Shown in pieces: positions 42,249-56,808 of a stretch of 64,000 nt of DNA. The stretch lies in NCBI GenBank assembly GCA_026989135.1, contig JALSJZ010000092.1, positions 439-64,438 on the forward strand, given 5' to 3'. Every line of letters begins with the position of its first letter. The stretch's first letter is position 1. Below the pieces are notes generated by a model, which saw only the letters and a program-made list of their open reading frames with translations, did no database searches and was not told the origin of the DNA. Position numbers and translations under genes: made by a program. This stretch comes from Sedimenticola sp. (GTDB lineage: Bacteria; Pseudomonadota; Gammaproteobacteria; Chromatiales; Chromatiaceae).

Positions 42249-44345
42249 GTGGCTCGTGTGACTCCGATCGAACGCTATCGCAATGTGGGCATTATGGCGC
42301 ACATTGATGCGGGCAAGACCACCACGACAGAGCGCATCCTGTACTACACCGGGGTCTCTCACAAGATCGGCGAAGTACACGATGGAGCGGCCACCATGGA
42401 TTGGATGGAGCAAGAGCAAGAGCGCGGGATAACCATTACATCCGCTGCCACGACCTGCTTTTGGTCCGGGATGGAGAAGCAGTACCCTGAGCACCGAATC
42501 AATATTATTGATACGCCGGGGCATGTGGACTTCACCATTGAGGTGGAGCGTTCGCTGCGGGTACTGGATGGAGCCTGCGCTGTTTTCTGCGCGGTTGGCG
42601 GCGTGGAGCCGCAGTCAGAGACCGTCTGGCGCCAGGCGGACAAGTACGGTGTGCCAAGGATTGCCTTTGTAAACAAGATGGATCGAGTAGGAGCGGATTT
42701 TTTGCGGGTAGTGGATCAGGTCAAGGATCGGCTGGGCGCAAACCCTGTCCCCATTCAGTTGGCGATAGGGAAAGAAGAGGATTTTCGAGGGGTTGTTGAC
42801 CTCGTCAGGATGAAAGGCATCATCTGGGATGAAGAGAGTCGGGGAGCTAAATTCCAGCTCGTAGATATCCCTTCCGAGATGATGGCGCTGTGCCAAGAGT
42901 GGCGAGAGCATCTGGTAGAGGCGGCGGCCGAAGCCGATGATGAGCTGACGGAAAAGTACCTGGAGACAGGTGATCTCAGCAACGAAGAGATCAAACAGGG
43001 TCTGCGTGCCCGCACACTGGCCAATGAAGTTGTGCCAATGATGTGCGGCAGTGCCTTTAAGAACAAAGGTGTGCAGGCCATGTTGGACGCCATAGTGGAT
43101 TATATGCCGTCCCCGGTAGATGTGCCGGCAATTGTCGGTATTCTTGATGACGCGGCGGAGACAGAGGCAACACGTCCAGCGGACGATGATGCGCCGTTCT
43201 CCGCGTTGGCGTTCAAGATCGCAACAGATCCCTTTGTAGGGACGCTGACATTTTTTCGGGTCTATTCCGGGGTCTTGAACTCCGGGGACACGATCTACAA
43301 CCCCGTAAAAGGGAAACGCGAACGTGTTGGGCGCATCCTGCAGATGCACTCCAATAATCGCGAAGAGATTAAAGAGGTAAGAGCCGGCGATATTGCGGCT
43401 GCCGTTGGTCTTAAGCAGGCCAGAACGGGCGATACCCTGTGTGATCCCAAAGCGATCATCACGCTGGAGCGGATGGATTTTCCAGACCCGGTTATATCGG
43501 TTGCTGTAGAGCCCAGAACGCAGGCGGATCAGGAGAAGATGGGGGTGGCGCTTGGCAAACTGGCGCAGGAAGATCCCTCCTTCCGTGTCGCAACGGATGA
43601 GGAATCCGGGCAGACCATCATCTCTGGGATGGGCGAGCTGCATCTCGACATTATTGTCGATCGCATGCGCCGGGAGTTTGGGGTTGAAGCCAATGTAGGC
43701 GCGCCGCAGGTAAGCTACCGGGAGACCATTCGCAAGACGGTAGAGCAGGAAGAGAAGTTTGTTCGGCAAAGCGGTGGCCGAGGCCAGTATGGTCACGTCT
43801 ATCTGCGACTGGAACCGCAAGAGAGCGGTGCGGGTTATGAATTTGTCAACGAAATCGTTGGAGGCGTCGTTCCCAGGGAGTACATCCCGGCGGTGGATAA
43901 AGGCGTACAGGGGCAGATGCAGAGTGGTGTGCTGGCGGGGTATCCCGTCGTCGATGTAAAGGTAACGCTTTACGATGGCTCATACCATGATGTGGACTCC
44001 AATGAGATGGCGTTCAAGATTGCCGGCTCCATCTGTTTCAGAGAAGGCACCATGGCTGCAAGCCCGGTGCTGCTGGAGCCGATAATGAAGGTTGAGGTGG
44101 TCACCCCTGAGAGCTATATGGGTGACGTCATGGGTGACTTGAACAGTCGTCGTGGAATGGTGCAGGGTATGGGAGATTGCCCTGCGGGTAGACAGATTAC
44201 CGCAGAGGTGCCGCTGGCTGAGATGTTTGGCTATGCGACGGATCTGCGTTCTGCAACCCAGGGTCGTGCGACCTACAGTATGGAATTTTGTAAATACAGC
44301 GAGGTCCCGGCGAGTATCGCCGAGGCAATTGTTAAGAAACAGTAG
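42249..44345 (+). CDS. fusA: Elongation factor G
   Basis: GTG start. [27 protein letters not shown] and [11 protein letters not shown]. 698 aa. Confidence 0.98.
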   Translation: MARVTPIERYRNVGIMAHIDAGKTTTTERILYYTGVSHKIGEVHDGAATMDWMEQEQERGITITSAATTCFWSGMEKQYPEHRINIIDTPGHVDFTIEVERSLRVLDGACAVFCAVGGVEPQSETVWRQADKYGVPRIAFVNKMDRVGADFLRVVDQVKDRLGANPVPIQLAIGKEEDFRGVVDLVRMKGIIWDEESRGAKFQLVDIPSEMMALCQEWREHLVEAAAEADDELTEKYLETGDLSNEEIKQGLRARTLANEVVPMMCGSAFKNKGVQAMLDAIVDYMPSPVDVPAIVGILDDAAETEATRPADDDAPFSALAFKIATDPFVGTLTFFRVYSGVLNSGDTIYNPVKGKRERVGRILQMHSNNREEIKEVRAGDIAAAVGLKQARTGDTLCDPKAIITLERMDFPDPVISVAVEPRTQADQEKMGVALGKLAQEDPSFRVATDEESGQTIISGMGELHLDIIVDRMRREFGVEANVGAPQVSYRETIRKTVEQEEKFVRQSGGRGQYGHVYLRLEPQESGAGYEFVNEIVGGVVPREYIPAVDKGVQGQMQSGVLAGYPVVDVKVTLYDGSYHDVDSNEMAFKIAGSICFREGTMAASPVLLEPIMKVEVVTPESYMGDVMGDLNSRRGMVQGMGDCPAGRQITAEVPLAEMFGYATDLRSATQGRATYSMEFCKYSEVPASIAEAIVKKQ

Positions 44346-44366
44346 ACAGGTATAGGGGTAGTTAAA

Positions 44367-45557
<1,191 letters not shown>

Positions 45558-45563
45558 TCAAAA

Positions 45564-45875
45564 ATGGGCAACCAAAACATTAGAATCCGTCTCAAGGCCT
45601 TTGATCATCGACTGATCGATCAATCCGCAAAAGAGATTGTTGAGACAGCAAAACGTACCGGCGCCCAAGTGCGCGGCCCGATTCCGCTGCCAACGAAGAA
45701 AGAGCGGTTTACCATATTGATCTCTCCGCACGTCAATAAAGATGCGCGCGATCAGTATGAGATTCGCACCCACAAGCGGTTGATGGACATTGTTGATCCA
45801 ACGGATAAAACCGTCGATGCCCTGATGAAGCTTGACCTTGCTGCGGGTGTCGATGTTCAGATCAAACTGAACTGA
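45564..45875 (+). CDS. rpsJ: 30S ribosomal protein S10
   Basis: [34 protein letters not shown]... Confidence 0.98.
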   Translation: MGNQNIRIRLKAFDHRLIDQSAKEIVETAKRTGAQVRGPIPLPTKKERFTILISPHVNKDARDQYEIRTHKRLMDIVDPTDKTVDALMKLDLAAGVDVQIKLN

Positions 45876-45886
45876 GGATAAAGAAT

Positions 45887-46537
45887 ATGACGATCGGAAT
45901 TGTCGGGCGAAAGGCAGGCATGACTCGGGTTTTTACCGAGGATGGTGCCTCTATCCCCGTAACAGTGATTGAAGCAGAGCCGAACCGGGTAACTCAGCTG
46001 AAGACCCAGGATAACGATGGTTATCTGGCGGTTCAGGTGACCACAGGAACCCGACGGGCATCGCGTGTTCGCAAGCCAAACACAGGTCACTACGCCAAGG
46101 CAGGTGTTGAGGCGGGTCGCGGTCTGTGGGAATTTCGCCTTGCCGATGGCGAGGGTGAGAACATTGAAGTGGGTGGCGAGCTGAAGGTGGATATCTTCGA
46201 GGCCGGTCAGAAGGTGGACGTGAGTGGAACGACCATCGGTAAGGGCTTTGCAGGTGGCATCAAGCGACACAACTTCTCCATGCAGGATGCTACACACGGC
46301 AACTCGATCTCACACCGTTCCAATGGTTCCATTGGCCAGTGTCAGACGCCAGGTCGTGTATTCAAGGGCAAGAAGATGTCAGGCCACATGGGCAACGTCA
46401 AACGCACCATCCAGAATCTGGAGATTGTGCGGGTAGATGTTGAGCGTAACCTGCTGTTGGTGAAAGGCTCGGTTCCTGGCTCGCGTGGCGGTGATGTGAT
46501 CATTACGCCCGCCATCAAGTTACAGAATAAGGGGTAA
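45887..46537 (+). CDS. rplC: 50S ribosomal protein L3
   Basis: [27 protein letters not shown]... Conserved S10-operon order. Confidence 0.98.
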   Translation: MTIGIVGRKAGMTRVFTEDGASIPVTVIEAEPNRVTQLKTQDNDGYLAVQVTTGTRRASRVRKPNTGHYAKAGVEAGRGLWEFRLADGEGENIEVGGELKVDIFEAGQKVDVSGTTIGKGFAGGIKRHNFSMQDATHGNSISHRSNGSIGQCQTPGRVFKGKKMSGHMGNVKRTIQNLEIVRVDVERNLLLVKGSVPGSRGGDVIITPAIKLQNKG

Positions 46538-46540
46538 GCA

Positions 46541-47158
46541 ATGGACCTCAATATACAGGCAGGCGAGAGCGGTGCGAACGAAACCATGCAGGTTTCAGAC
46601 AGCGTTTTCGGCGCAGAATTTAACGAAGCCCTGGTGCATCAGGTTGTCACCGCCTACATGGCCGGTGCGCGAAGTGGCACCAAGGCACAGAAGACCCGCT
46701 CGGATGTGCGCGGCGGCGGTGCCAAGCCCTTCGCCCAAAAAGGTACAGGCAGAGCACGTGCAGGCACAACAAGAAGCCCCATCTGGCGCTCAGGTGGCGT
46801 CACCTTTGCAGCACGTCCGCGCAACTATTCACAGAAGGTGAATAGAAAGATGTATCGCAGTGCGTTGCGCTCGATATTGTCTGAACTGGTACGCCAGGAG
46901 CGACTGATCGCAGTCGATGACTTTACAGTCAGCGCACCCAAGACAAAAGAGCTTGCCTTAAAGTTGCAGGGCATGGCGCTGAATGAGGTGCTGATCATAG
47001 CAACCAATCCGGATGAGAATCTTTTCCTGGCCTCGCGCAATCTGCGTAATGTGGATGTGCGTGATGCGGCAGAGATTGAGCCGGTTTCACTGGTCGCCTA
47101 CGACAAGATTGTAATGACCAAGGCGGCACTGGAGCAGATTGGAGAGCGTCTCTCATGA
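46541..47158 (+). CDS. rplD: 50S ribosomal protein L4
   Basis: [49 protein letters not shown]. Confidence 0.97.
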   Translation: MDLNIQAGESGANETMQVSDSVFGAEFNEALVHQVVTAYMAGARSGTKAQKTRSDVRGGGAKPFAQKGTGRARAGTTRSPIWRSGGVTFAARPRNYSQKVNRKMYRSALRSILSELVRQERLIAVDDFTVSAPKTKELALKLQGMALNEVLIIATNPDENLFLASRNLRNVDVRDAAEIEPVSLVAYDKIVMTKAALEQIGERLS

Positions 47159-47451
47159 ATAAAGACCGATTGATGCAGATCATCGTCAGCCCGATCATCT
47201 CTGAAAAGAGCACGCTCGCGGCGGACAACAACAAACAGTTTGTTTTTCGTGTGCTGAAGAGCGCCTCAAAGCCAGAGATCACACATGCGGTAGAGTTGAT
47301 GTTTGAGGTCGAGGTGGATCAGGTGCGTGTACTCAACTGCAAAGGCAAGACCAAGCGCTTTGGCTCAAAGATGGGTAGCCGCTCTGACTGGAAGAAGGCT
47401 TACATCAAGTTGAAGCCCGGCCACGATATTGATTTTGGCGCTGGCGCCTGA
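47155..47451 (+). CDS. rplW: 50S ribosomal protein L23
   Basis: 98 aa. [22 protein letters not shown]...KKAYIKL. It overlaps the rplD stop by 4 nt. Confidence 0.97.
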   Translation: MNKDRLMQIIVSPIISEKSTLAADNNKQFVFRVLKSASKPEITHAVELMFEVEVDQVRVLNCKGKTKRFGSKMGSRSDWKKAYIKLKPGHDIDFGAGA

Positions 47452-47484
47452 TTTGGCACATAGATAGAACGCGGATGCATTGAA

Positions 47485-48312
<828 letters not shown>

Positions 48313-48332
48313 TCAGGCGAGGTAAGATTAAG

Positions 48333-48605
48333 GTGCCACGTTCAATAAGGAAAGGCCCATTTGTCGATCACCACTTGTGGAAGAAGGTCGAGGATGCAGT
48401 TGCCAGTAACAACAAACGTCCGATCAAAACCTGGTCGCGCCGCTCAATGGTGCTGCCAGAGATGGTCGGCCTGACCATTGCGATATACAACGGTCGTCAG
48501 CATGTGCCGGTGTTGATCAGCGAAAACATGGTCGGGCATAAGCTGGGCGAATTCTCCATGACTCGCACCTTCCGTGGCCATGCTGCGGATAAGAAATCGA
48601 GATAA
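48333..48605 (+). CDS. rpsS: 30S ribosomal protein S19
   Basis: GTG start. [20 protein letters not shown]...[16 protein letters not shown]. Confidence 0.98.
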   Translation: MPRSIRKGPFVDHHLWKKVEDAVASNNKRPIKTWSRRSMVLPEMVGLTIAIYNGRQHVPVLISENMVGHKLGEFSMTRTFRGHAADKKSR

Positions 48606-48619
48606 TAGAGGTTTTACCC

Positions 48620-48952
48620 ATGCAAGCAGCAGCTAAATTAAGACATGCCAGGCTCTCGGCGCAAAAAGGGCGTCTGGTGGCTGATCAGATACGCGGCCTT
48701 CCGGTAGAGAAGGCGCTCGAAGTGCTGACCTTCAGTAACAAAAAGGCGGCCGAGCTGATCAAGAAGATACTGAACTCTGCGATCGCAAATGCAGAGAACA
48801 ATGAGGGAGCTGATATTGACGAATTGCGAGTCTCTGCAATCCACGTTGATGAGGGGCCTACAATGAAACGAATTCGGGCGCGTGCCAAAGGGCGTGCTGC
48901 GCGGATCTTAAAGCGGACCAGTCACATTACCGTGACTGTGGCCGACGAATAA
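48620..48952 (+). CDS. rplV: 50S ribosomal protein L22
   Basis: [40 protein letters not shown]. Confidence 0.98.
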   Translation: MQAAAKLRHARLSAQKGRLVADQIRGLPVEKALEVLTFSNKKAAELIKKILNSAIANAENNEGADIDELRVSAIHVDEGPTMKRIRARAKGRAARILKRTSHITVTVADE

Positions 48953-48971
48953 GCGGGCAAGAGAGGCCAAA

Positions 48972-49679
48972 ATGGGTCAAAAAGTACATCCAATAGGTAT
49001 TCGACTGGGCATCGTGAAGGACTGGACGTCCACATGGTACGCAAGCTCCAAAGACTACGCTGATATGCTGAATACAGATCTCGAAGTGAGAGATTATCTG
49101 AGAAAGAAGCTCTCTCAGGCATCAGTGAGTCGCATACAGATAGATCGTCCGGCAAATAATGCCCACATTACCATTCATACCGCCCGCCCCGGCCTGGTGA
49201 TTGGCAAGAAAGGCGAAGATATCGATGCCCTGCGCAGCGAAGTCTCAAAGCGGATGAATATCCCTGTGCACATCAGCATCGAAGAGATTCGTAAACCTGA
49301 GCTGGATGCACAGCTGGTTGCGGAGGGGATTGCCCAGCAACTGGAGCGACGCATCATGTTTCGTCGCGCCATGAAACGCGCTGTTCAGAACAGTATGCGT
49401 CTCGGAGCGCAAGGCATTCGGGTAAATGTCGGTGGACGCCTGAATGGCGCAGAGATTGCACGCAGCGAATGGTACCGCGAGGGTCGCGTTCCATTGCATA
49501 CCCTGCGTGCCGATATTGATTACGGCTTTGCCGAAGCCAACACGACCTATGGTGTACTTGGCGTAAAGGTGTGGATATTCAAAGGTGAGATTTATGCCGA
49601 TGCGCTGAATCAGGAGCCTGCGCCTGTGAAGGAGAAGAGATCCGCATCAAGGGCAAAGCCAGCAGGAAAGAGGGCGTAA
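48972..49679 (+). CDS. rpsC: 30S ribosomal protein S3
   Basis: [24 protein letters not shown]... Confidence 0.99.
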   Translation: MGQKVHPIGIRLGIVKDWTSTWYASSKDYADMLNTDLEVRDYLRKKLSQASVSRIQIDRPANNAHITIHTARPGLVIGKKGEDIDALRSEVSKRMNIPVHISIEEIRKPELDAQLVAEGIAQQLERRIMFRRAMKRAVQNSMRLGAQGIRVNVGGRLNGAEIARSEWYREGRVPLHTLRADIDYGFAEANTTYGVLGVKVWIFKGEIYADALNQEPAPVKEKRSASRAKPAGKRA

Positions 49680-49682
49680 CCC

Positions 49683-50096
49683 ATGTTGCAACCAAAACGT
49701 ACAAAATTCCGTAAGCAGCACAAAGGCCGCAACCGCGGTCTTGCTAATCGCGGCAGCACCGTCAGCTTTGGCGAGTTTGGGCTGAAAGCCACCGGCCGAG
49801 GCCGGATTACCGCACGCCAGATCGAGGCGGCTCGCCGCACGATTACACGCCATGTAAAGCGTGGTGGCAAGTTGTGGATTCGCGTCTTTCCCGACAAGCC
49901 GATCAGCAAAAAGCCGCTGGAAGTTCGGATGGGTAAAGGCAAGGGCAATGTAGAGTACTGGGTTGCCCAGATTCAGCCGGGTCGCATGCTTTATGAGATT
50001 GAAGGCATTTCAGAAGAGCTGGCGCGCGAAGCATTCAGACTGGCTGCAGCAAAACTGCCTATTGGTACAACCTTTGCAAAACGGATGGTGATGTAA
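49683..50096 (+). CDS. rplP: 50S ribosomal protein L16
   Basis: [21 protein letters not shown]... Confidence 0.99.
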   Translation: MLQPKRTKFRKQHKGRNRGLANRGSTVSFGEFGLKATGRGRITARQIEAARRTITRHVKRGGKLWIRVFPDKPISKKPLEVRMGKGKGNVEYWVAQIQPGRMLYEIEGISEELAREAFRLAAAKLPIGTTFAKRMVM

Positions 50097-50297
50097 ATGA
50101 GTGCAACAGAATTACGCGGGAAGAAACCTGCGGAACTTGAAGAGGCACTGTTGGAGTTGCGTAAAGAGCAGTTTTCGTTGCGTATGCTTCGAGGCACAGG
50201 ACAGTTGGCGCGCCCATCAGAGATGCGTCGGGTTCGTAAAGAGATCGCACGGGTCAAGACCGTTATGACTGAGCAGAAGACAGGTAATGCATCATGA
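50097..50297 (+). CDS. rpmC: 50S ribosomal protein L29
   Basis: 66 aa. [26 protein letters not shown]. Confidence 0.96.
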   Translation: MSATELRGKKPAELEEALLELRKEQFSLRMLRGTGQLARPSEMRRVRKEIARVKTVMTEQKTGNAS

Positions 50298-50554
50298 GTG
50301 AGCAACAGGCAATCAACAGGACGCTCACTGGACGTGTTGTAAGTGACAAGATGGATAAAACCATTACAGTCCTTATCGAAAGACAGGTGAAGCATCCGCT
50401 GTATGGGAAATTCATCAAGCGCTCGACCAAGGTGCATGCACACGATGAGTCTAACGAGTGCAATGCAGGCGATACAGTAGTGGTTGAGCAGTGCAGGCCG
50501 CTCTCTAAATCCAAGACATGGCGCTTGGTTAAAGTTGTCGAAAAAGCCAGCTAA
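50294..50554 (+). CDS. rpsQ: 30S ribosomal protein S17
   Basis: [38 protein letters not shown]. Confidence 0.97.
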   Translation: MSEQQAINRTLTGRVVSDKMDKTITVLIERQVKHPLYGKFIKRSTKVHAHDESNECNAGDTVVVEQCRPLSKSKTWRLVKVVEKAS

Positions 50555-50605
50555 GCTGCTGCGCATTTTTATTAATATTTTTATAGCTGTAGTTGGGATA
50601 AACCA

Positions 50606-50974
50606 ATGATCCAGATGCAGAGTAATATGACGGTTGCTGATAACAGCGGCGCCAAGCGCGTGCAGTGCATAAAGGTACTGGGCGGTTCGCACAGGCGTTA
50701 TGCAGGTATCGGTGACATCGTTAAAGTGAGTGTTAAGGATGCCATACCGCGTGGCAAGGTCAAAAAGGGCGAGATCTATAACGCGGTTGTCGTGCGTACA
50801 AAAAAAGGTGTTCGTCGCTCTGATGGATCACTGATCCGTTTTGATGGCAATGCTGCGGTTCTGTTGAACGCCCAGCTGCAGCCTATCGGTACCCGCATCT
50901 TTGGGCCGGTTACTCGTGAGCTGCGTAGCGAGCGCTTCATGAAGATTATTTCACTCGCCCCCGAAGTCTTGTGA
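50606..50974 (+). CDS. rplN: 50S ribosomal protein L14
   Basis: [28 protein letters not shown]... Confidence 0.99.
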   Translation: MIQMQSNMTVADNSGAKRVQCIKVLGGSHRRYAGIGDIVKVSVKDAIPRGKVKKGEIYNAVVVRTKKGVRRSDGSLIRFDGNAAVLLNAQLQPIGTRIFGPVTRELRSERFMKIISLAPEVL

Positions 50975-50984
50975 GGTATTGATC

Positions 50985-51314
50985 ATGGCGATGCGAAAAA
51001 TCAAGAAAGGCGACCAGGTTATCGTCTTGGCAGGAAAAGACCAGGGAAAGAGAGGCACCGTAGTGCGCGTAACGAATGATGACCGAATTGTTGTAGAGAA
51101 CATCAATATGGTCAAACGCCACACCAAAGCGAACCCAAACAAGGGTGTAACAGGAGGCATTCTCGATAAAGAGATGCCGTTGCATATCTCAAATGTTGCG
51201 CTGTTTAATCCGGTAACAGAGAAGGGTGATCGCGTCGGTTTTAAAGTCCTGGAGGATGGCCGCAAGGTGCGTTTTTTCAAGTCAAATGGCGAAGTTGTAG
51301 ATACAGATACTTAA
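50985..51314 (+). CDS. rplX: 50S ribosomal protein L24
   Basis: [25 protein letters not shown] 50985 is preferred because a GAGGT lies 7 nt upstream; the tracked start is TTG 50979. Confidence 0.96.
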   Translation: MAMRKIKKGDQVIVLAGKDQGKRGTVVRVTNDDRIVVENINMVKRHTKANPNKGVTGGILDKEMPLHISNVALFNPVTEKGDRVGFKVLEDGRKVRFFKSNGEVVDTDT

Positions 51315-51327
51315 GGCGGATAGGGTA

Positions 51328-51867
51328 ATGTCAAGACTAGAGCAGGTCTATCGTGAGACGATCGTACCGCAGCTGCAGGAGAAGTTCGCGTTTAAAAGCG
51401 TCATGCAGGTGCCAAAGATCACCAAAGTCACGCTCAATATGGGTGTTGGTGGAGCGATTGGCGATAAAAAGGTAATGGAGCATGCGCTCTCTGATATGCA
51501 GATGATCGCAGGCCAAAAGCCGATCGTGTGTAAAGCGCGTAAATCGGTGGCGGGTTTCAAGGTGCGCGAAGAGTGGCCAATTGGCTGCAAGGTGACCCTG
51601 CGCAGTGACCGCATGTATGAGTTTCTGGATAGACTGATCAACATCGCTATCCCTCGTATCCGTGATTTTCGTGGCCTCAATCCAAGGTCGTTTGATGGTA
51701 GGGGTAACTACAGCATGGGAGTGACTGAGCAGATCATATTCCCAGAGATCGATTATGATAAAATCGATACATTACGTGGCCTGGATATTACGATCACCAC
51801 TGATGCAAAGAGCGATGAAGAGGGAAAGGCCTTGCTTCAGGCTTTTAAATTTCCGTTCAAGAGTTGA
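51328..51867 (+). CDS. rplE: 50S ribosomal protein L5
   Basis: [21 protein letters not shown]...[19 protein letters not shown]. Confidence 0.98.
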   Translation: MSRLEQVYRETIVPQLQEKFAFKSVMQVPKITKVTLNMGVGGAIGDKKVMEHALSDMQMIAGQKPIVCKARKSVAGFKVREEWPIGCKVTLRSDRMYEFLDRLINIAIPRIRDFRGLNPRSFDGRGNYSMGVTEQIIFPEIDYDKIDTLRGLDITITTDAKSDEEGKALLQAFKFPFKS

Positions 51868-51876
51868 GTAAAGCAG

Positions 51877-52182
51877 ATGGCTAAGAACAGTATGATTGCA
51901 CGCGACGTAAAACGCGCACGCATTGCAAAAAAGTATGCCGCTAAGCGCACCGCACTGCGGGCCACCATTAAGGATGTGAATGCAGCACCGGAAGAGAAAG
52001 AGGCGGCCGTTGTGCAGCTTCAGAAGCTTCCGCGTGATGCGAGTCCTTGCCGCCAGCGTAACCGTTGCCGGATCAGTGGGCGTCCTCATGGTTTTTACCG
52101 TAAGTTTGGGCTTTCACGCAACAAGCTGCGTGAAGCAGCGATGCGCGGTGATGTACCCGGCCTGGTCAAAGCCAGCTGGTAA
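51877..52182 (+). CDS. rpsN: 30S ribosomal protein S14 (long, 101-aa type)
   Basis: [24 protein letters not shown]...[21 protein letters not shown]. Confidence 0.98.
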   Translation: MAKNSMIARDVKRARIAKKYAAKRTALRATIKDVNAAPEEKEAAVVQLQKLPRDASPCRQRNRCRISGRPHGFYRKFGLSRNKLREAAMRGDVPGLVKASW

Positions 52183-52251
52183 AACGAATTCTTTTTTAAT
52201 ATCTGTGGGTATCGTGCCAGCTTTGGCAGACTGACCCGGAGGAGTAACCAA

Positions 52252-52647
52252 ATGAGTATGTCGGATCCAATTGCGGATATGCTGACACGCATTCGTAATG
52301 GGCTGGCTGTGGGGAAAACCACAGTCTCCATGCCCGGTACCAAAGTTAAATCTGCTATCGCAACCGTACTGAAAGATGAGGGTTACATCTCCGGTTTTTC
52401 TGTGACGGATGAAGATGGAAAACCTGCGATTAATGTGGAGCTGAAATATTTCCAGGGCAAGCCGGTCATGGAGATGATCAAGCGCGTAAGCCGACCAGGT
52501 TTGCGGATCTACAAAGGCCGCGATGAGCTTCCAAAGGTTCGAGGCGGCATTGGCATTGCCATCATTTCTACTTCCAAAGGTGTCATGACCGATCGAGCAG
52601 CGCGTGCTGCGGGTCATGGCGGTGAAGTTATTGCGTACATTGCGTAA
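52252..52647 (+). CDS. rpsH: 30S ribosomal protein S8
   Basis: [17 protein letters not shown]... Confidence 0.98.
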   Translation: MSMSDPIADMLTRIRNGLAVGKTTVSMPGTKVKSAIATVLKDEGYISGFSVTDEDGKPAINVELKYFQGKPVMEMIKRVSRPGLRIYKGRDELPKVRGGIGIAIISTSKGVMTDRAARAAGHGGEVIAYIA

Positions 52648-52658
52648 GAGGGTGAGAA

Positions 52659-53195
52659 ATGTCTAGAGTAGCCAAAAACCCGATTACCGTGCCTGCTGGT
52701 GTAGAGGCCAAGATCAGCGGTCAGGATATCTCCGTCAAAGGAACCAAAGGCACGCTGCAACTCAATATTCACGATACGATCAGCGTAAGCCAGGCCGATG
52801 GTGTCTTGACGATTGCCCCTAATGACCAGGCCAACAAAAAGGCCTGGGCAATGGCCGGCACCACGCGTGCCCTGATCAACAACATGGTTACCGGTGTCAG
52901 CACAGGATTTCAGCGCAAACTCCAGCTTGTTGGTGTGGGTTACCGCGCCCAGGCAAAGGGTAAAGCGCTCAATCTTTCACTGGGGTTCTCGCATCCGGTT
53001 GACTATTCGGTTCCTGAGGGTATCACTATAGAGACCCCGGCTCCGACTGAGGTGGTGATTTCTGGGTGCTGCAAACAGCGTGTCGGACAAGTGGCGGCTG
53101 AGATACGTGCATTTCGCCCACCTGAGCCCTACAAAGGTAAAGGCGTTCGATATTCCGATGAGGTTGTGGTCCGTAAAGAGGCCAAGAAGAAATAA
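52659..53195 (+). CDS. rplF: 50S ribosomal protein L6
   Basis: [31 protein letters not shown]. Confidence 0.98.
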   Translation: MSRVAKNPITVPAGVEAKISGQDISVKGTKGTLQLNIHDTISVSQADGVLTIAPNDQANKKAWAMAGTTRALINNMVTGVSTGFQRKLQLVGVGYRAQAKGKALNLSLGFSHPVDYSVPEGITIETPAPTEVVISGCCKQRVGQVAAEIRAFRPPEPYKGKGVRYSDEVVVRKEAKKK

Positions 53196-53201
53196 GGTGT
53201 T

Positions 53202-53564
53202 ATGACGATGGACAAAAAGAGATCCCGAATTCGCCGTGCGCGCCGTGCGCGCGCCAAGATCAAAGAGCTGGGAGTGCACCGTTTGAGTATACACCGTACC
53301 CCACAGCACATGTATGCACAGGTGATTGCGCCCTGTGGGTCTAAAATCGTTGCCAGTGCATCGACCGTTGATAAGGCCGTGAAAGCTGAACTTGGCGGTG
53401 GTACAAGCAACAGTTCAGCTGCCGCAGCTGTGGGTAAAGCCATTGCTGAGCGTGCGAAAGCAGCAGGTATCGAAATGGTCGCTTTTGATCGTTCCGGTTT
53501 TAAATATCATGGACGGGTGAAGTCATTAGCCGACGCTGCCCGTGAAAACGGTCTTCAGTTCTAG
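53202..53564 (+). CDS. rplR: 50S ribosomal protein L18
   Basis: [22 protein letters not shown]...[29 protein letters not shown] 53208 is an equally plausible start. Confidence 0.97.
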   Translation: MTMDKKRSRIRRARRARAKIKELGVHRLSIHRTPQHMYAQVIAPCGSKIVASASTVDKAVKAELGGGTSNSSAAAAVGKAIAERAKAAGIEMVAFDRSGFKYHGRVKSLADAARENGLQF

Positions 53565-53575
53565 GGGTTACTAGC

Positions 53576-54082
53576 ATGGCGAATTACAACGCAAATCAAG
53601 ACGGCGATGAGCTCATAGAAAAACTGATCAACGTTAATCGCGTGGCCAAGGTTGTGAAGGGTGGCCGCCAGTTTGGTTTCTCTGCACTGACGGTGGTAGG
53701 CGATGGCGAAGGCCGGGTAGGATTTGGGCAGGGCAAGGCGCGCGAGGTACCTATTGCGATTCAAAAAGCGATGGAAAATGCGCGCAAAAACATGGTGGAT
53801 GTAAAGCTTGCAAAAACCACCCTGCAATACCCAATCATGTCACGGCATGGTGCAGCCAAGGTCTATATGCAGCCCGCATCAGAGGGTACGGGCATTATTG
53901 CTGGTGGCGCGATGCGTGCTGTATTTGAAGTGGTTGGAGTGCAGAACGTGCTGGCAAAATGTGTTGGATCAAACAATCCAGTCAATGTTGTCAGAGCAAC
54001 CATCAGGGGTCTCTCTGAGATGACCGATGCGGAGAGTGTTGCTGCAAAACGCGGTAAGACTGTAGAAGAGATTTTGGGGTAA
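53576..54082 (+). CDS. rpsE: 30S ribosomal protein S5
   Basis: [45 protein letters not shown]. Confidence 0.98.
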   Translation: MANYNANQDGDELIEKLINVNRVAKVVKGGRQFGFSALTVVGDGEGRVGFGQGKAREVPIAIQKAMENARKNMVDVKLAKTTLQYPIMSRHGAAKVYMQPASEGTGIIAGGAMRAVFEVVGVQNVLAKCVGSNNPVNVVRATIRGLSEMTDAESVAAKRGKTVEEILG

Positions 54083-54085
54083 GGC

Positions 54086-54280
54086 ATGGCTACCAAAGAG
54101 AAAGCAATGATGCGGGTCACCCTGCTTCGCAGCATGAATGGCAGGCTGAAGAGCCATCAGGCATGCGTGCGCGGGTTGGGTCTGCGAAGAATACATCAGA
54201 CCGTTGAGGTTGAGGACACCCCTTCGACCCGCGGTATGGTTAATCAGGTTTCCTACATGGTCAGGGTCGAGGGGGCATAA
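54086..54280 (+). CDS. rpmD: 50S ribosomal protein L30
   Basis: 64 aa. [33 protein letters not shown]. Confidence 0.96.
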   Translation: MATKEKAMMRVTLLRSMNGRLKSHQACVRGLGLRRIHQTVEVEDTPSTRGMVNQVSYMVRVEGA

Positions 54281-54714
54281 TGCGTTTGAATACACTGAAG
54301 CCTGCCGCTGGCAGCAAACAACCCAGAAAGCGCGTTGGCCGTGGTATCGGCAGCGGGCTGGGCAAGACCTGCGGGCGTGGACACAAAGGTCAAAAATCCC
54401 GCTCAGGCGGTATGCCCAAGATCGGTTTCGAAGGCGGTCAGATGCCTTTGCAGCGCCGCCTGCCTAAAGTCGGTTTTGTATCACGCAAGGCAAAGTATAC
54501 GGCTGAGATTCGTCTTAATGAACTACAGTCTATCGAGGTCGATGTGATTGATCTTGCCGCGCTTCAGGCGGCCGATATTCTAGGTAATTCAATCAAGCGC
54601 GCAAAGGTCATCCTCTCAGGAAAAATTGAGAAGGCTGTGACTGTGCGTGGATTGGCTGTAACCAATGGAGCTCGCGCCGCTATAGAGGCAGCGGGTGGAA
54701 AGATCGAGGACTAA
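54280..54714 (+). CDS. rplO: 50S ribosomal protein L15
   Basis: [44 protein letters not shown]. Confidence 0.98.
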   Translation: MRLNTLKPAAGSKQPRKRVGRGIGSGLGKTCGRGHKGQKSRSGGMPKIGFEGGQMPLQRRLPKVGFVSRKAKYTAEIRLNELQSIEVDVIDLAALQAADILGNSIKRAKVILSGKIEKAVTVRGLAVTNGARAAIEAAGGKIED

Positions 54715-56058
54715 ATGGCCGGTTTAGGATCATCTGCTGCCGGGTCGGGGCGACTGACAGAGCTGCGCCAGCGCATATTTTTTGTGCTGGGCGCGCTACT
54801 GGTGTTTCGTATTGGAACCTTTATCCCGGTACCTGGCGTAGACCCGACGGCGCTTGCTGCGCTGTTTGATCAGCAGCAAGGGACTATCCTGGACATGTTT
54901 AACATGTTCTCAGGTGGTGCCTTGTCCCGTGCCAGTCTTTTTGCGCTGGGTATCATGCCCTATATCTCTGCATCCATTATCATGCAGCTGATGACCTCTG
55001 TTGTGCCCAAGCTGGAGCAGCTGAAAAAAGAGGGTGAGGCCGGTCGGCGCAAGATCACGCAGTACACGCGGTATGGCACCGTACTGCTGGCCAGCTTTCA
55101 GGCGGTTGGTATTGCCATGTCGCTACAGTCGCAAACCGCAAATGGCATGCAGGTGGTGATTAACCCTGGCTCTGGTTTTATACTTACGGCGGCGGTTTCA
55201 CTGGTTACCGGCACTATGTTTTTGATGTGGCTGGGTGAGCAGATAACTGAGCGTGGCATTGGTAATGGTATTTCGCTGATCATCTTTGCCGGTATCGTTG
55301 CTGGGCTTCCCTCTGCAGTTGGCGGAACACTGGAGCTTGCGCGCACAGGAGAGTTGAACGCAATCATAATTCTTACACTCTTTCTGTTGGCTGTTGCAGT
55401 GACCGCTTTTGTTGTCTTCGTTGAGCGAGGGCAACGCAGGATCACCGTTAACTATGCAAAACGCCAGCAGGGGAGAAAGATGATCGCCGGGCAGACCAGT
55501 CATCTGCCGTTGAAGCTGAACATGGCCGGCGTTATTCCGCCAATCTTTGCCTCAAGCATCATTCTGTTTCCCGCCACTCTTGGGCAGTGGATTGGGACGA
55601 GTGAAGATATGCGTTGGGTGCAGGATATTGTTGCCAAACTCTCTCCTGGCGAGCCGATCTATGTCATATCGTATGCAGTTGCGATTATATTTTTCTGCTT
55701 TTTTTATACGGCGCTGACCTTTAACTCAAAGGATACGGCAGATAACCTGAAGAAATCAGGTGCCTTTATTCCAGGGATACGCCCTGGCGCGCAGACAGCA
55801 AAATATATTGACGGTGTTATGTCTCGCTTGACACTGGTTGGTGCACTCTATATTACTGCGGTCTGTCTGCTGCCCGAATTTTTGATTGTTGCCTGGAACG
55901 TCCCCTTCTATTTTGGCGGTACATCACTGTTGATTATCGTGGTTGTTGTTATGGATTTTATGGCGCAGGTGCAGGCGCACCTTATGTCTCATCAGTACGA
56001 AGGGCTGATGAAAAAAGCAAATTTAAAGGGCCGTGGCGGCAGCGGAATGCTGCGCTGA
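54715..56058 (+). CDS. secY: Preprotein translocase subunit SecY
   Basis: 447 aa with 10 hydrophobic segments. [25 protein letters not shown] and [18 protein letters not shown]. Confidence 0.98.
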   Translation: MAGLGSSAAGSGRLTELRQRIFFVLGALLVFRIGTFIPVPGVDPTALAALFDQQQGTILDMFNMFSGGALSRASLFALGIMPYISASIIMQLMTSVVPKLEQLKKEGEAGRRKITQYTRYGTVLLASFQAVGIAMSLQSQTANGMQVVINPGSGFILTAAVSLVTGTMFLMWLGEQITERGIGNGISLIIFAGIVAGLPSAVGGTLELARTGELNAIIILTLFLLAVAVTAFVVFVERGQRRITVNYAKRQQGRKMIAGQTSHLPLKLNMAGVIPPIFASSIILFPATLGQWIGTSEDMRWVQDIVAKLSPGEPIYVISYAVAIIFFCFFYTALTFNSKDTADNLKKSGAFIPGIRPGAQTAKYIDGVMSRLTLVGALYITAVCLLPEFLIVAWNVPFYFGGTSLLIIVVVVMDFMAQVQAHLMSHQYEGLMKKANLKGRGGSGMLR

Positions 56059-56088
56059 GGCCGTAACCAAAATATTGGAGACTAAGCC

Positions 56089-56202
56089 ATGAAAGTAAGG
56101 GCTTCTGTAAAGAGAATCTGCCGGAATTGCAAAATCGTTCGCCGCAAAGGTGTGGTGCGTGTTATTTGCAAAGATGGTCGGCATAAACAGAGGCAGGGCT
56201 AA
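56089..56202 (+). CDS. rpmJ: 50S ribosomal protein L36 (zinc-ribbon type)
   Basis: Not in the ORF track because it is shorter than 60 aa. My hand translation is [37 protein letters not shown]. CxxC...C...H ligands. It follows secY, as in other gammaproteobacteria. Confidence 0.93.
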   Translation: MKVRASVKRICRNCKIVRRKGVVRVICKDGRHKQRQG

Positions 56203-56327
56203 GCGTTTGCCCTGCAGGGTTTTCGTAGGTTGTTATCAATCTGCGCTGCCCATAATTTATAGCGAAATGCTTATCCGATTGCGCCTCATTTATTCAGCAA
56301 TTCCCAGGCCAATGACTGCTGGGGTGG

Positions 56328-56356
56328 CTTGAAATGACGCGGTTAAAGAGATAGAA
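56328..56356 (+). promoter_or_regulatory. Putative sigma70 promoter of the alpha operon (rpsM-rpsK-rpsD-rpoA-rplQ)
   Basis: TTGAAA (56328-56333), 17-nt spacer, TAGAAT (56351-56356). A hairpin gcagggc...gccctgc plus tttt lies just after rpmJ (about 56193-56222). Confidence 0.5.
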
Positions 56357-56404
56357 TTCCGCTCTTCACAAAAGTGAAATTACCAGATTCAGGAGATATA
56401 CCAG

Positions 56405-56761
56405 ATGGCGCGTATTGCAGGCGTTAACATACCGGATCGTAAGCATGCGGTGATTGCATTGACATCGATCTATGGCATCGGGCGTTCAGCCGCTGCGGAG
56501 ATCTGTGCTGCAACAGGTGTTGCTCCCGATGCAAAGATACAGGCACTCACTGAAGGCCAGGTAGACGCGCTACGCAGTGAAGTCGCCAAATATCAGGTAG
56601 AGGGCGATCTGCGTCGAGAGGTATCGATGAACATAAAGCGCCTTATGGATCTGGGCTGCTATCGTGGTATTCGCCATCGTCGCGGTCTTCCGTTGCGTGG
56701 GCAGCAAACTCAGACGAATGCGCGCACACGTAAAGGGCCGCGTCGTCCTATTCGCAAATAA
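56405..56761 (+). CDS. rpsM: 30S ribosomal protein S13
   Basis: [26 protein letters not shown]... Confidence 0.99.
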   Translation: MARIAGVNIPDRKHAVIALTSIYGIGRSAAAEICAATGVAPDAKIQALTEGQVDALRSEVAKYQVEGDLRREVSMNIKRLMDLGCYRGIRHRRGLPLRGQQTQTNARTRKGPRRPIRK

Positions 56762-56808
56762 TCTGTTGCCGGATTTCCGGTAATTCCGTAGCAAGGAACT
56801 GAAACCCA

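Noticed and set aside
49991-50692. 233-aa minus-strand ORF spanning rplP-rpmC-rpsQ-rplN
   Set aside because: It lies antisense across four tightly packed ribosomal protein genes and two intergenic gaps, so it cannot be a conserved gene.
56150-56332. 60-aa plus-strand ORF overlapping the 3' end of rpmJ and the rpmJ-rpsM spacer
   Set aside because: It is out of frame with the clearly conserved L36 coding sequence. It also runs through the hairpin after rpmJ and up to the -35 element of the putative alpha-operon promoter.
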